Shown here one piece after another: positions 46,001 through 51,537 of a stretch of 51,537 nucleotides of DNA. The stretch is from a virus. The stretch covers positions 1 through 51,537 of IMG/VR virus record IMGVR_UViG_3300045988_148326, one strand, 5' to 3'. A model generated the notes under the pieces. The model ran no database searches and was not told the origin of the DNA. It was given only the letters and a program-made list of their open reading frames with translations. The position numbers and the translations under genes were made by a program. Within the stretch, counting starts at the first letter, position 1. Each line of letters opens with the position of its first letter.

Positions 46001-46404
46001 GTGGGTATAATGCTACTAATAAAAATAATAATTATACTATAAATCCTAATGGAGATGGCGGTAGCTATTCGCAATCTAAAGATTCAGATAGCAATTATGC
46101 TAAATACACTCATTCTCGTGTAATACAGATTACTATTGACTGGGAGAACCATAAAGTAAAAGATTATAGAGTATATGTTATTCCTAAACTATACGGCAGG
46201 GAAACATGTGGAGCTGTAATGTTTGACGAAGGAGTTATATGTATTGCTTATGGTCCTCAAGGTATATTTGGAATTTGGGATTTTACTACCGAAGAAACTG
46301 ATGTCCAAGGACATATTTATACTGGTGCAAAAGAGGTATTTAAAGCTAAGTATGATACTTATAGAGAGTGTTATAGAGCAAATGCTTATAAATTAAAAAA
46401 TTAA
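43009..46404 (+). CDS. Tail fibre / receptor-binding protein
   Basis: 1131 aa, six tandem peptide repeats, position in the distal tail module. Confidence 0.7.
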   Translation: MANWSNLKAAVAEVIKTNSNQEITGAVLQNVLNNIISNVGENASFAGVATPSTNPGTPDGNVFYFAIQPGIYSNFGSVTLTEGLNILLWNGSIWSADNLTKSLLNNINSNTGVDDYPVFSTSEAYSKGKVVNYNGKLYKFTADHAAGAWIGTDVEPYNLKKDIEERYGTYTDSPEFIRVYTDAEGKFLWGIRVDGSIEWAKGVPTPIQNALKELADKIKDAIDVINASLKTLTDTFSYQDNPEFVNVVTDAEGKVLFGIKEDGKPYFPKNTMYSVESNQEFLAAWLDAAGHVLFGLRTDGSTYVAKADFIEKIEKIQQLLKDNGIGDFNNTFSIISNDEWLHAVVDSENKLLFGIRAKDGKVVMPKQDTYNIISNDEWLAAWVDKSDKLLFGVKADGTFWAAKSNFAGGGNYDEQIAQLNEKIQQLKDQIQATASDVFFVIDDAEERLAVTTDKDERIISYRDKDGVLHEKKGVDTSKYYLNGEEKDFTDRSEIAGEVTKAAENGAVKLENVEGVSNHNTPNLLIASEMEKTFNDGTNSFTPPNEGYEMSNPIECQAGDWFTRTGIATGMVVVTDAEDKNGTRLFNADGTTLGNTFQIPKDMTWVRYIRMAAQVSAAEDGSVVICKGKYAYIGNDKGDFLTASKLRIERRNLSNDVAYIKSEDGTKFYKLYVDASGTLKTKEIDPDVIPENEYPTNWLPVTFSGSFEDYCDRIPICTKNYLMDIKATGPVKIYTFDNQLTDMYNNFEHFYNSTGEGRYGIILFQVPTGYKSGFFLFDEDFNILENIRSVGDMHDFVYIDDDHLIFFTNYLTTVNGGGVENAKIYVVHVTEMKKINGEWKTIGTFNQEDYPKLCTDCYGDLGGTEGGHINTIGLDYDGNLIINQRNWDTFFKIKRTENPDGTVTIGSKTLDYDEAIIGRVGGRHNSAYLDSKRVLNEGFSFTDVPSSLSDVSSDDWEEWQWFHCHDVKYWGKKNIDGVDYPTYTLFDNNYWTGATHVSGGYNATNKNNNYTINPNGDGGSYSQSKDSDSNYAKYTHSRVIQITIDWENHKVKDYRVYVIPKLYGRETCGAVMFDEGVICIAYGPQGIFGIWDFTTEETDVQGHIYTGAKEVFKAKYDTYRECYRANAYKLKN
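43522..44427 (+). repeat. Six tandem copies of a ~30-aa peptide motif inside the fibre gene
   Basis: The six copies are:
- DSPEFIRVYTDAEGKFLWGIRVDG
- DNPEFVNVVTDAEGKVLFGIKEDG
- SNQEFLAAWLDAAGHVLFGLRTDG
- SNDEWLHAVVDSENKLLFGIRAKDG
- SNDEWLAAWVDKSDKLLFGVKADG
- DDAEERLAVTTDKDERIISYRDKDG. Confidence 0.8.
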
Positions 46405-46425
46405 TAACTATTAAAAAAAGAAATT

Positions 46426-47406
46426 ATGGATTGTTTAGTAACAAAATTAAAAGGTACGGTGAATGATGATTCATTGTTACCATTGGGAGGGATGTTCTTC
46501 AAAGCTGTTTCAAATCCGTCAGAAACACCAGCACGTAGACAGCTTATTCTGATTTCTTCTAAAAATCAGGTGGTTACCGTTGTAGGTGGCGATAATAATT
46601 TCACTAAAGATTCAAGTATGAGTAGTAATTTTATCAATAGTATGAATCTTACAGCTAATATAAGTAATAACGTTTATTGTAAAGATGGAAATTATAACAT
46701 TTTAGTCCCAGATAAATACTCATTAGTACAAATTGGTTCATGGACCAATCCTCTTGTTACTATTGGATTTAATCTTGAATCTATAAAATTTTCCAATGAA
46801 CTTAAAGCGATTAGTGCTTCTGCAACACGTGGAAATGTTGAAGGGGATTTGTCTAATTTAGCAGGGTTAAATCTAAGATATATTTCAATCGGAAAAAATG
46901 TTTATGGTGATATTAAGGTTATTGACGAAATTAATTGGAGCACTGAAACCAATATAGGTGGAGATATGCCAGCCGCTTTCATTGTTTATTCAAGAGATAA
47001 AAAGATAACTGGTAATATTGCATCACTTATTGGTTCAAGTGTACTAACTCAACTTGGCTTCAATGGGCAAACAGGAATCTCTGGTACTTTGGCTCAGATT
47101 GCAGCGAAATTCCCCAAACTTACTTATCTTGATATACCACATACCAACATCACAGGTAATATAAAAGATATTACTTGCCCGCTTACTAGAATGGGAGTGT
47201 ATAATTGTGCTGGTATTAATGGAAGCCTTGAAGAGTTTGTCGCCACTCAAAGAAGTCATGGAAGAACAACAGGAACATGTAGTAATGGTGGTTATTGGAC
47301 TGGGAATATAACACTGAATGGGTTGGCACTCAATAACTCCAACGAGAACGACTTTTCTTGGACTGCTTCACAGATTACTTGTGGGGATATTACGGTGGAT
47401 GCTTAA
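46426..47406 (+). CDS. Leucine-rich-repeat-like tail accessory protein
   Basis: Repeating L..L.L....ItGnI units, e.g. GNIASLIGSSVLTQLGFNGQTGISGTLAQIAAKFPKLTYLDIPHTNITGNIKDI. Confidence 0.5.
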   Translation: MDCLVTKLKGTVNDDSLLPLGGMFFKAVSNPSETPARRQLILISSKNQVVTVVGGDNNFTKDSSMSSNFINSMNLTANISNNVYCKDGNYNILVPDKYSLVQIGSWTNPLVTIGFNLESIKFSNELKAISASATRGNVEGDLSNLAGLNLRYISIGKNVYGDIKVIDEINWSTETNIGGDMPAAFIVYSRDKKITGNIASLIGSSVLTQLGFNGQTGISGTLAQIAAKFPKLTYLDIPHTNITGNIKDITCPLTRMGVYNCAGINGSLEEFVATQRSHGRTTGTCSNGGYWTGNITLNGLALNNSNENDFSWTASQITCGDITVDA

Positions 47407-47650
47407 AAGATAATCGGCAGCAGGCTTGTAACCCCTTGTTTGCTGCCATTATAAACGAATATTTATGCGAGATACGATAGAGAACATATATATGATAGCC
47501 ACAACTTGCCTAAGCTACACCTTTGGTTGGCTCACGCCCACGAAAGGCTTTGTGCTGGCGTTGAGGCTTATAAAATAGAAAAAATGCTTCGTCCGGAAGA
47601 AGCACTTATATAATTAATTTAATGTTTAACAATCAAAAACTTTAAAAATC

Positions 47651-47818
47651 ATGGGAAATTTTGATGTCGAAAAGACAATCATAGTTCCGGACAGCGGAGG
47701 TAATGGGAATAACTTCCTAGCAGGTATGCTTGCATCCGCTTGTCAGTCTAAAGGCCTTGATGTCAATGCAGTAATGGCTTTGTGTGGAAACAGAAATGGC
47801 TCATTTGGAAATGGCTGA
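47651..47818 (+). CDS. 55-aa Gly/Asn-rich ORF ending in a TGA that is in frame with the next ORF
   Basis: Hand translation MGNFDVEKTIIVPDSGGNGNNFLAGMLASACQSKGLDVNAVMALCGNRNGSFGNG-TGA. Same frame as 47876..48319. Confidence 0.4.
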   Translation: MGNFDVEKTIIVPDSGGNGNNFLAGMLASACQSKGLDVNAVMALCGNRNGSFGNG

Positions 47819-47875
47819 GATGGTATTATTGCTCTTATTGTCATCGCCGCAATCTTCGGAGGAAATGGCAATGGT

Positions 47876-48319
47876 TTGTTTGGTAATAACAATAATAGCA
47901 CAGAGCGCCAGATGCTTATGGACGCAATTCAGCGCAATGGCGTTGATATTAGCCAGCTGGCAAGCACTTTGAATTGCTCTGTTGGTCAGGTACAGGCTGC
48001 TATCCAGCAAGTTGCTAGTCAGGTATGCAATGTAGGTAATCAGGTCGGTATGACTGGTCAGCAGATTATCAACTCAATTCAGCAAGGCAATATGGCTCTT
48101 ACTCAGCAAATCTGCAACTGCTGCTGCGATATCAAAACAGGTATCAAGGACCAGACTATTGCATTGCAAGGAGAGCTTAATAGCGTTAACCGTAGTGTTG
48201 AACGTGGTTTTGCTGATGTTGGCTATGCAACTCGCGACCAGACTTGCAACATTGAAAAGGCTATTCAGGCATCTACTGAGTCAATTCTTGCTGGTCAGCG
48301 TGCCGCTGAGATGCTGTAA
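47876..48319 (+). CDS. Gln/Cys-rich hypothetical protein (TTG start in the track; first in-frame ATG at 47911; the frame is open back to the TGA at 47816)
   Basis: QLASTLNCSVGQVQAAIQQVASQVCNVGNQVGMTGQQIINSIQQGNMALTQQICNCCCDIK... Confidence 0.55.
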   Translation: MFGNNNNSTERQMLMDAIQRNGVDISQLASTLNCSVGQVQAAIQQVASQVCNVGNQVGMTGQQIINSIQQGNMALTQQICNCCCDIKTGIKDQTIALQGELNSVNRSVERGFADVGYATRDQTCNIEKAIQASTESILAGQRAAEML

Positions 48320-48339
48320 ATGCAGAAGTAGCAGCATAC

Positions 48340-48579
48340 ATGCATAGTAGCGAAGTTGCTATCGCAGATGAGGTTATCAATGCTCATAGGCAGATTATCG
48401 AAAGTTGCAAGAACATAATGGTTGTGCTAAATCCTGAAATAGCAGAAAGGCAAAGACTTGAAAAGGAAAACAGTGAGTTAAAAACACAGCTGAAAGAACT
48501 TTACAAGTCGCAATCCGAAATGAAAGGTATGATGGCCTCTTTGTTAGAGCAATTGGGAAGCCCCATAAAGAAAAGTTAA
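48340..48579 (+). CDS. Small coiled-coil protein
   Basis: 79 aa, ERQRLEKENSELKTQLKELYKSQSEMKGMM. Confidence 0.5.
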   Translation: MHSSEVAIADEVINAHRQIIESCKNIMVVLNPEIAERQRLEKENSELKTQLKELYKSQSEMKGMMASLLEQLGSPIKKS

Positions 48580-48600
48580 ACGTGTAATTTTGTAGAAAAT

Positions 48601-48882
48601 ATGCCTACGATAATTAAAATCAAAGAGCGCCAGGCTGATAAGCTTTATGAATGCGCAGAAAAAGTGCATAGAGGCGCAAAGAAGCTCATGGAATTTATCG
48701 AAGATGAAATTCTTGAGTCAGAAGAGTTTGATGAGCGCTACGGTGGTGGCAGTAATGGCGGTGGCACAGGTGGTTACCGCGATGAAGACGATGACGATGA
48801 TGAGGACTACAATGAGCGCCGAGGTGTACCTGGTACTGGTAGATATGGTCGTCGTAGATACGGTCGAGGACGCCGCTATTAA
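48601..48882 (+). CDS. Small protein with poly-Asp and an Arg/Gly/Tyr-rich tail
   Basis: ...GGGSNGGGTGGYRDEDDDDDEDYNERRGVPGTGRYGRRRYGRGRRY. Confidence 0.5.
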   Translation: MPTIIKIKERQADKLYECAEKVHRGAKKLMEFIEDEILESEEFDERYGGGSNGGGTGGYRDEDDDDDEDYNERRGVPGTGRYGRRRYGRGRRY

Positions 48883-48897
48883 TAACTAATTTCAACT

Positions 48898-48928
48898 GAG
48901 GCCGTGCTTGTTGAGTACGGCCTCTTTT
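48898..48928 (+). terminator. Intrinsic terminator
   Basis: GAGGCCGT (48898..48905) pairs with ACGGCCTC (48917..48924), extendable by G-U and C-G pairs, followed by TTTT. Confidence 0.75.
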
Positions 48929-48948
48929 ACTTAAAAAACTTTAATAAT

Positions 48949-49380
48949 ATGGCAACAAGAAAAAGATTACCACTTGATATGTATGATGACATACCAACGG
49001 AAATGAGAAAATACCTTCGATTTCATGGATGGCATTTTAACAAAAAGGCATGTGATTTTGCAGTAAGTCTAATGCGCAAAAAGAATGCTTCTACTGGTAA
49101 GACAGAGAAGATAGAGCCTCTTACAAAAGACCAAGTCGACTCTATGCTTGCAAAATACGGTGTGACTCTAGAAAATAATGTAGACTATGACTATGTGTAT
49201 GTTGCTAATATGGGAAAAGCTGATTTGCTTAAAAGCAGTATTACCGATGAGCAGCATTTAGCTTTGTATGTAAAAGATGTAGTCGACGACGTAGATGCAG
49301 GCGATGGAGAAATAATGCGTGAATGGGATGCTAAAATGACATCCAGAGGTATAGCTGTAGATTGGGAAGAAATTCTATGA
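48949..49380 (+). CDS. Hypothetical protein (track ORF starts at GTG 48904 inside the terminator; ATG at 48949 preferred)
   Basis: MATRKRLPLDMYDDIPTEMRKYLRFHGWHF... Confidence 0.55.
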   Translation: MATRKRLPLDMYDDIPTEMRKYLRFHGWHFNKKACDFAVSLMRKKNASTGKTEKIEPLTKDQVDSMLAKYGVTLENNVDYDYVYVANMGKADLLKSSITDEQHLALYVKDVVDDVDAGDGEIMREWDAKMTSRGIAVDWEEIL

Positions 49381-49775
49381 TAGCAGGAAAATTCTATCTT
49401 GAAAACTATGCTAATTGGCACATATCATACTTCATAATGACAGACGCCAATGATGCAGAAGAAATAATAGATGAGTTGTATAGCTTAAGATGTAGTAAAC
49501 GATTTTTGAATAGGGCTAAAGAAATTTTATACTCAAATAGGCGTAATATAGGAATAGCTTATAGCAATCCTAAATATAAACGCAGTGCAATAGTAGTATC
49601 AAAAACTACTGATATTTGGGAATTTTTCAATAGCTTTGCTCATGAAGTAGACCACATTGAAAAGCATATTGCTAAAACGTTGAATTTCAGTCCTTATAGC
49701 GAAAGTGCTAGTTATCTAGTTGGTGAAATTATAAGAAACATGTTTTATAACATAACAAAGAAAATGCTATGCTAG
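49377..49775 (+). CDS. Putative HExxH metallopeptidase-like protein (track ORF 49362; ATGA-coupled ATG at 49377 preferred)
   Basis: FNSFAHEVDHIEKHI contains HExxH. Lies immediately upstream of the holin. Confidence 0.4.
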   Translation: MIAGKFYLENYANWHISYFIMTDANDAEEIIDELYSLRCSKRFLNRAKEILYSNRRNIGIAYSNPKYKRSAIVVSKTTDIWEFFNSFAHEVDHIEKHIAKTLNFSPYSESASYLVGEIIRNMFYNITKKMLC

Positions 49776-50242
49776 AACTCATTGAAGCAAAAGACCTAGA
49801 AGCTCTTATGTTTTTTATAACTGTTAGAGTAGTAATAATAGTTATATGCTGGATTTTCTCTACTATAGCGTGTATCGTTGATTTTTGGAGTGGTACATTA
49901 ACAGCAAAGATTTTAGGCGAAAAGCTTATGTCTCATGGCTTTAGGCGTACTGTTGTAAAAATAGGCGATTATGCTAGAGTTCTCATGTTTGCATTTATGG
50001 TAGATGTTTTAGGAAGCTTGCTATCGTTTTATATACTGCCATTTGCAACTATGCTTTGTGCTTTAGCAATACTTTGTATAGAAGGCAAATCTGTATTAGA
50101 AAATAGCAAAAGAAGAAAAGCGCATGCCGGAGATGTTCCAGATATGATTAAGCAGATTATTCAAGCAGCTACTACTGAACAAGGCAACGAAGTCTTTAAT
50201 AAAATAGTAAAACAAGTATCTCTTAACAATAAAGAAAAATGA
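49769..50242 (+). CDS. Holin
   Basis: Three hydrophobic helices (VVIIVICWIFSTIACIVDFW; ARVLMFAFMVDVLGSLLSF; LPFATMLCALAILCI), then the EGKSVLEN motif seen in one phage holin family and a charged tail. ATGA-coupled to the endolysin. Confidence 0.7.
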   Translation: MLELIEAKDLEALMFFITVRVVIIVICWIFSTIACIVDFWSGTLTAKILGEKLMSHGFRRTVVKIGDYARVLMFAFMVDVLGSLLSFYILPFATMLCALAILCIEGKSVLENSKRRKAHAGDVPDMIKQIIQAATTEQGNEVFNKIVKQVSLNNKEK

Positions 50243-50652
50243 GAAAAGTTAATAAGCTTATAGTGCATTGCTCAGCAACGCCTGAAGGTAAAGACATCAA
50301 AACCGAAACTATCAGGGATTGGCATGTTAATGGTAATCACTGGAAGGATATTGGTTACCACTATGTAATTGAGCTTGATGGCTCTATTCATAAAGGTAGA
50401 GATGAAAGCGTGGTTGGAGCTCATTGTTCAGGCCAAAATGCCAATTCAATTGGTATTTGCTATGTTGGTGGAGTGGCCAAAGATGGTAAAACACCAAAAG
50501 ATACGCGCACTGAGGCTCAAAAGCAGTCTTTACTCGAGTTGCTGAAAAGCTTAAAGGTAAAATACCCAAATGCTACTATTCATGGACACAGAGAATTTGC
50601 AGCTAAGGCATGCCCTAGCTTTGATGCTAAGTACGAGTATAAAGACCTCTGA
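50239..50652 (+). CDS. Endolysin: N-acetylmuramoyl-L-alanine amidase (T7 lysozyme / PGRP fold)
   Basis: IVHCSATPEG, DIGYHYVI, GAHCSGQN, SIGICYVGG, HGHREFAAKACPSFD. Confidence 0.93.
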   Translation: MRKVNKLIVHCSATPEGKDIKTETIRDWHVNGNHWKDIGYHYVIELDGSIHKGRDESVVGAHCSGQNANSIGICYVGGVAKDGKTPKDTRTEAQKQSLLELLKSLKVKYPNATIHGHREFAAKACPSFDAKYEYKDL

Positions 50653-50664
50653 AGCACATAAAAG

Positions 50665-50704
50665 CCATTCTCGCAATAATTTCTTATGTGCGAGAATGGT
50701 TTTT
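50665..50704 (+). terminator. Intrinsic terminator after the endolysin, with its stem built from the ATTCTCGC motif
   Basis: CCATTCTCGCA (50665..50675) pairs with TGCGAGAATGG (50689..50699), followed by T5. An alternative 8-bp pairing GCACATAA (50654..50661) / TTATGTGC (50684..50691) competes with it. Confidence 0.7.
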
Positions 50705-50743
50705 ATATTAAATATGAATAATAACAAATAAAACTCAAAGATT

Positions 50744-51136
50744 ATGCGAGAATTAGCGAGAATAATTACACTTATATTTTTAGCCACTATATTATATAGC
50801 TGTAAGTCAATTCAATATGTGCCAGTGGAAACAACGAAAAGAGATACTACTTACTTATCTCAGACCAAAATTGATAGTATATATCATAGAGATTCAATCT
50901 ATGTAGAGCGCAAAGGCGATACCGTGTATCTCAGTAAATATAAATACTTGTATAAATACATAGAAAAGCATGATACTCTCTGGCGAGAAAAAGTTGATAC
51001 AATTCAAGTTGCATACCCTGTAGAAGCTCAGCTATCAAAGTGGCAAAAGATAAAAATTAATATTGGTGAATACCTGATAACCGCCATAGCCTTAGTAATT
51101 ATATGGCTGTGTGCAAAATACTTCATAAAGCGGTAA
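50744..51136 (+). CDS. Lipoprotein with C-terminal transmembrane helix (unimolecular-spanin-like)
   Basis: Signal peptide plus lipobox IFLATILYS-C, and C-terminal TM YLITAIALVIIWLCAKYFI. Last gene of the lysis cassette. Confidence 0.5.
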   Translation: MRELARIITLIFLATILYSCKSIQYVPVETTKRDTTYLSQTKIDSIYHRDSIYVERKGDTVYLSKYKYLYKYIEKHDTLWREKVDTIQVAYPVEAQLSKWQKIKINIGEYLITAIALVIIWLCAKYFIKR

Positions 51137-51203
51137 ACAATAGAAACAATATAAACAAGTCATTGTTTATGCCTAAAGTGCTCAAAATCAATTACTTATA
51201 TAT

Positions 51204-51348
51204 GCTGTAAACAAAGAAACAATAATTTCATTAAATCTTTTCGTATTAAAAGCTGATATTTCTTATTAACCTTAATGTTAATCGGAAATTAAGAAATTAA
51301 GTTTGAAATATATAGAGGCATTGTTTTTATTGTTTCTTTGTTTACAGC
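51204..51348. repeat. 22-bp perfect inverted repeat with a 101-nt spacer
   Basis: GCTGTAAACAAAGAAACAATAA (51204..51225) is the exact reverse complement of TTATTGTTTCTTTGTTTACAGC (51327..51348). Confidence 0.85.
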
Positions 51349-51392
51349 AATTTCAAAGCCGCACTAAAATTGCTGTTTAATTATTTTTAACA
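51344..51392 (+). terminator. Terminator-like hairpin at the end of the lysis operon
   Basis: ACAGCAATTT (51344..51353) pairs with AAATTGCTGT (51367..51376), followed by T-rich TTAATTATTTTT. Overlaps the right arm of the 22-bp inverted repeat. Confidence 0.5.
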
Positions 51393-51418
51393 AATAAATT
51401 CTCAAAAAATAATGGAAA

Positions 51419-51537
51419 ATTTTTTTTTCTTTCGAGAATAGTTTGTATATTTGCATATCGAAAATAAGATAATAAAATTCACCAAAATATGGAACAATTT
51501 AATATAGGTAATGTAATTGAGCACTACAAGCTAAATA
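51419..51537. repeat. Right copy of the window-terminal duplication (= 1..119), including the early promoter box and the first 49 nt of the 71..484 gene
   Basis: Identical by eye to 1..119. Confidence 0.9.

Noticed and set aside
47465-47578. 37-aa ORF (MRDTIENIYMIATTCLSYTFGWLTPTKGFVLALRLIK) in the gap after the LRR-like gene
   Set aside because: It is too short, has no coupling to neighbours and no promoter box. It may be real, but I cannot support it from sequence alone.
47816-47818. Genome-wide TGA reassignment (code 4 or 25) or a link between the odd tRNA-like gene and UGA suppression
   Set aside because: Many well-supported genes end in TGA, including numerous ATGA overlaps (for example 7407, 7592, 14362, 16634, 49377). 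The tRNA-like loop contains no TCA triplet. Only local readthrough or mutation remains plausible.
51144-51158. 15-mer AAACAATATAAACAA shared with 22787..22801 as evidence of a functional link between the two non-coding regions
   Set aside because: For AT-rich sequence of this length, a few exact 15-mer matches are expected by chance (rough estimate of a few per genome). It is mentioned only as a footnote.

Overview
The window is a complete tailed dsDNA phage genome. Positions 1..119 repeat exactly at 51419..51537, so the unit length is 51,418 bp (closed circular or permuted assembly, or a short terminal repeat). It is AT-rich, roughly one third GC from hand counts of single lines.

The host is probably a member of the Bacteroidota. 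Intergenic regions carry Bacteroidota-type -7 boxes (TAnnTTTG, here a conserved GTATATTTGCAYWTCGAAAA box), and start codons lack Shine-Dalgarno sequences.

Layout:
- 71..17332 (+): early/replication operon. It encodes an HTH protein, a DUF2800-like PD-(D/E)XK nuclease, a DUF2815-like SSB, a tRNA-like gene, a family A DNA polymerase, an AEP-primase/VirE-type helicase, a VRR-NUC nuclease and an SNF2 helicase. It also encodes a DUF3310-like protein, a SAM methyltransferase, a dUTPase-fold enzyme, a T4 gp42-like pyrimidine hydroxymethylase and an OmpR-type pseudo-response regulator.
- 17391..21832 (-): leftward block of small ORFans plus one GC-rich 380-aa gene with its own promoter and terminator.
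- 21833..23177: ORF-free divergent control region, 1.35 kb, packed with short repeat families.
- 23178..47406 (+): late genes. In order: GIY-YIG endonuclease, TerS-like protein, HNH-AP2 endonuclease, TerL, portal, scaffold, major capsid, 1307-aa tape measure, tail/baseplate proteins, 1131-aa fibre and an LRR-like protein. This is siphovirus-like, with no sheath gene.
- 47651..51136 (+): small proteins and the lysis cassette (HExxH protein, holin, amidase, lipoprotein with a C-terminal TM, i.e. u-spanin-like).

No integrase, reverse transcriptase or CRISPR array was seen.

Most interesting observations:
- A candidate DNA hypermodification module built around the gp42-like hydroxymethylase.
- A phage response regulator lacking the phospho-acceptor Asp.
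- Two TGA stops followed by meaningful in-frame sequence. One extends the capsid protein with a peptide that copies a tail-protein C-terminus.
- A tRNA-like gene with an aberrant anticodon arm.
- A strongly over-represented ATTCTCGC/GCGAGAAT motif network in intergenic DNA.

All functional calls rest on motif recognition by eye and memory. No database search was possible.
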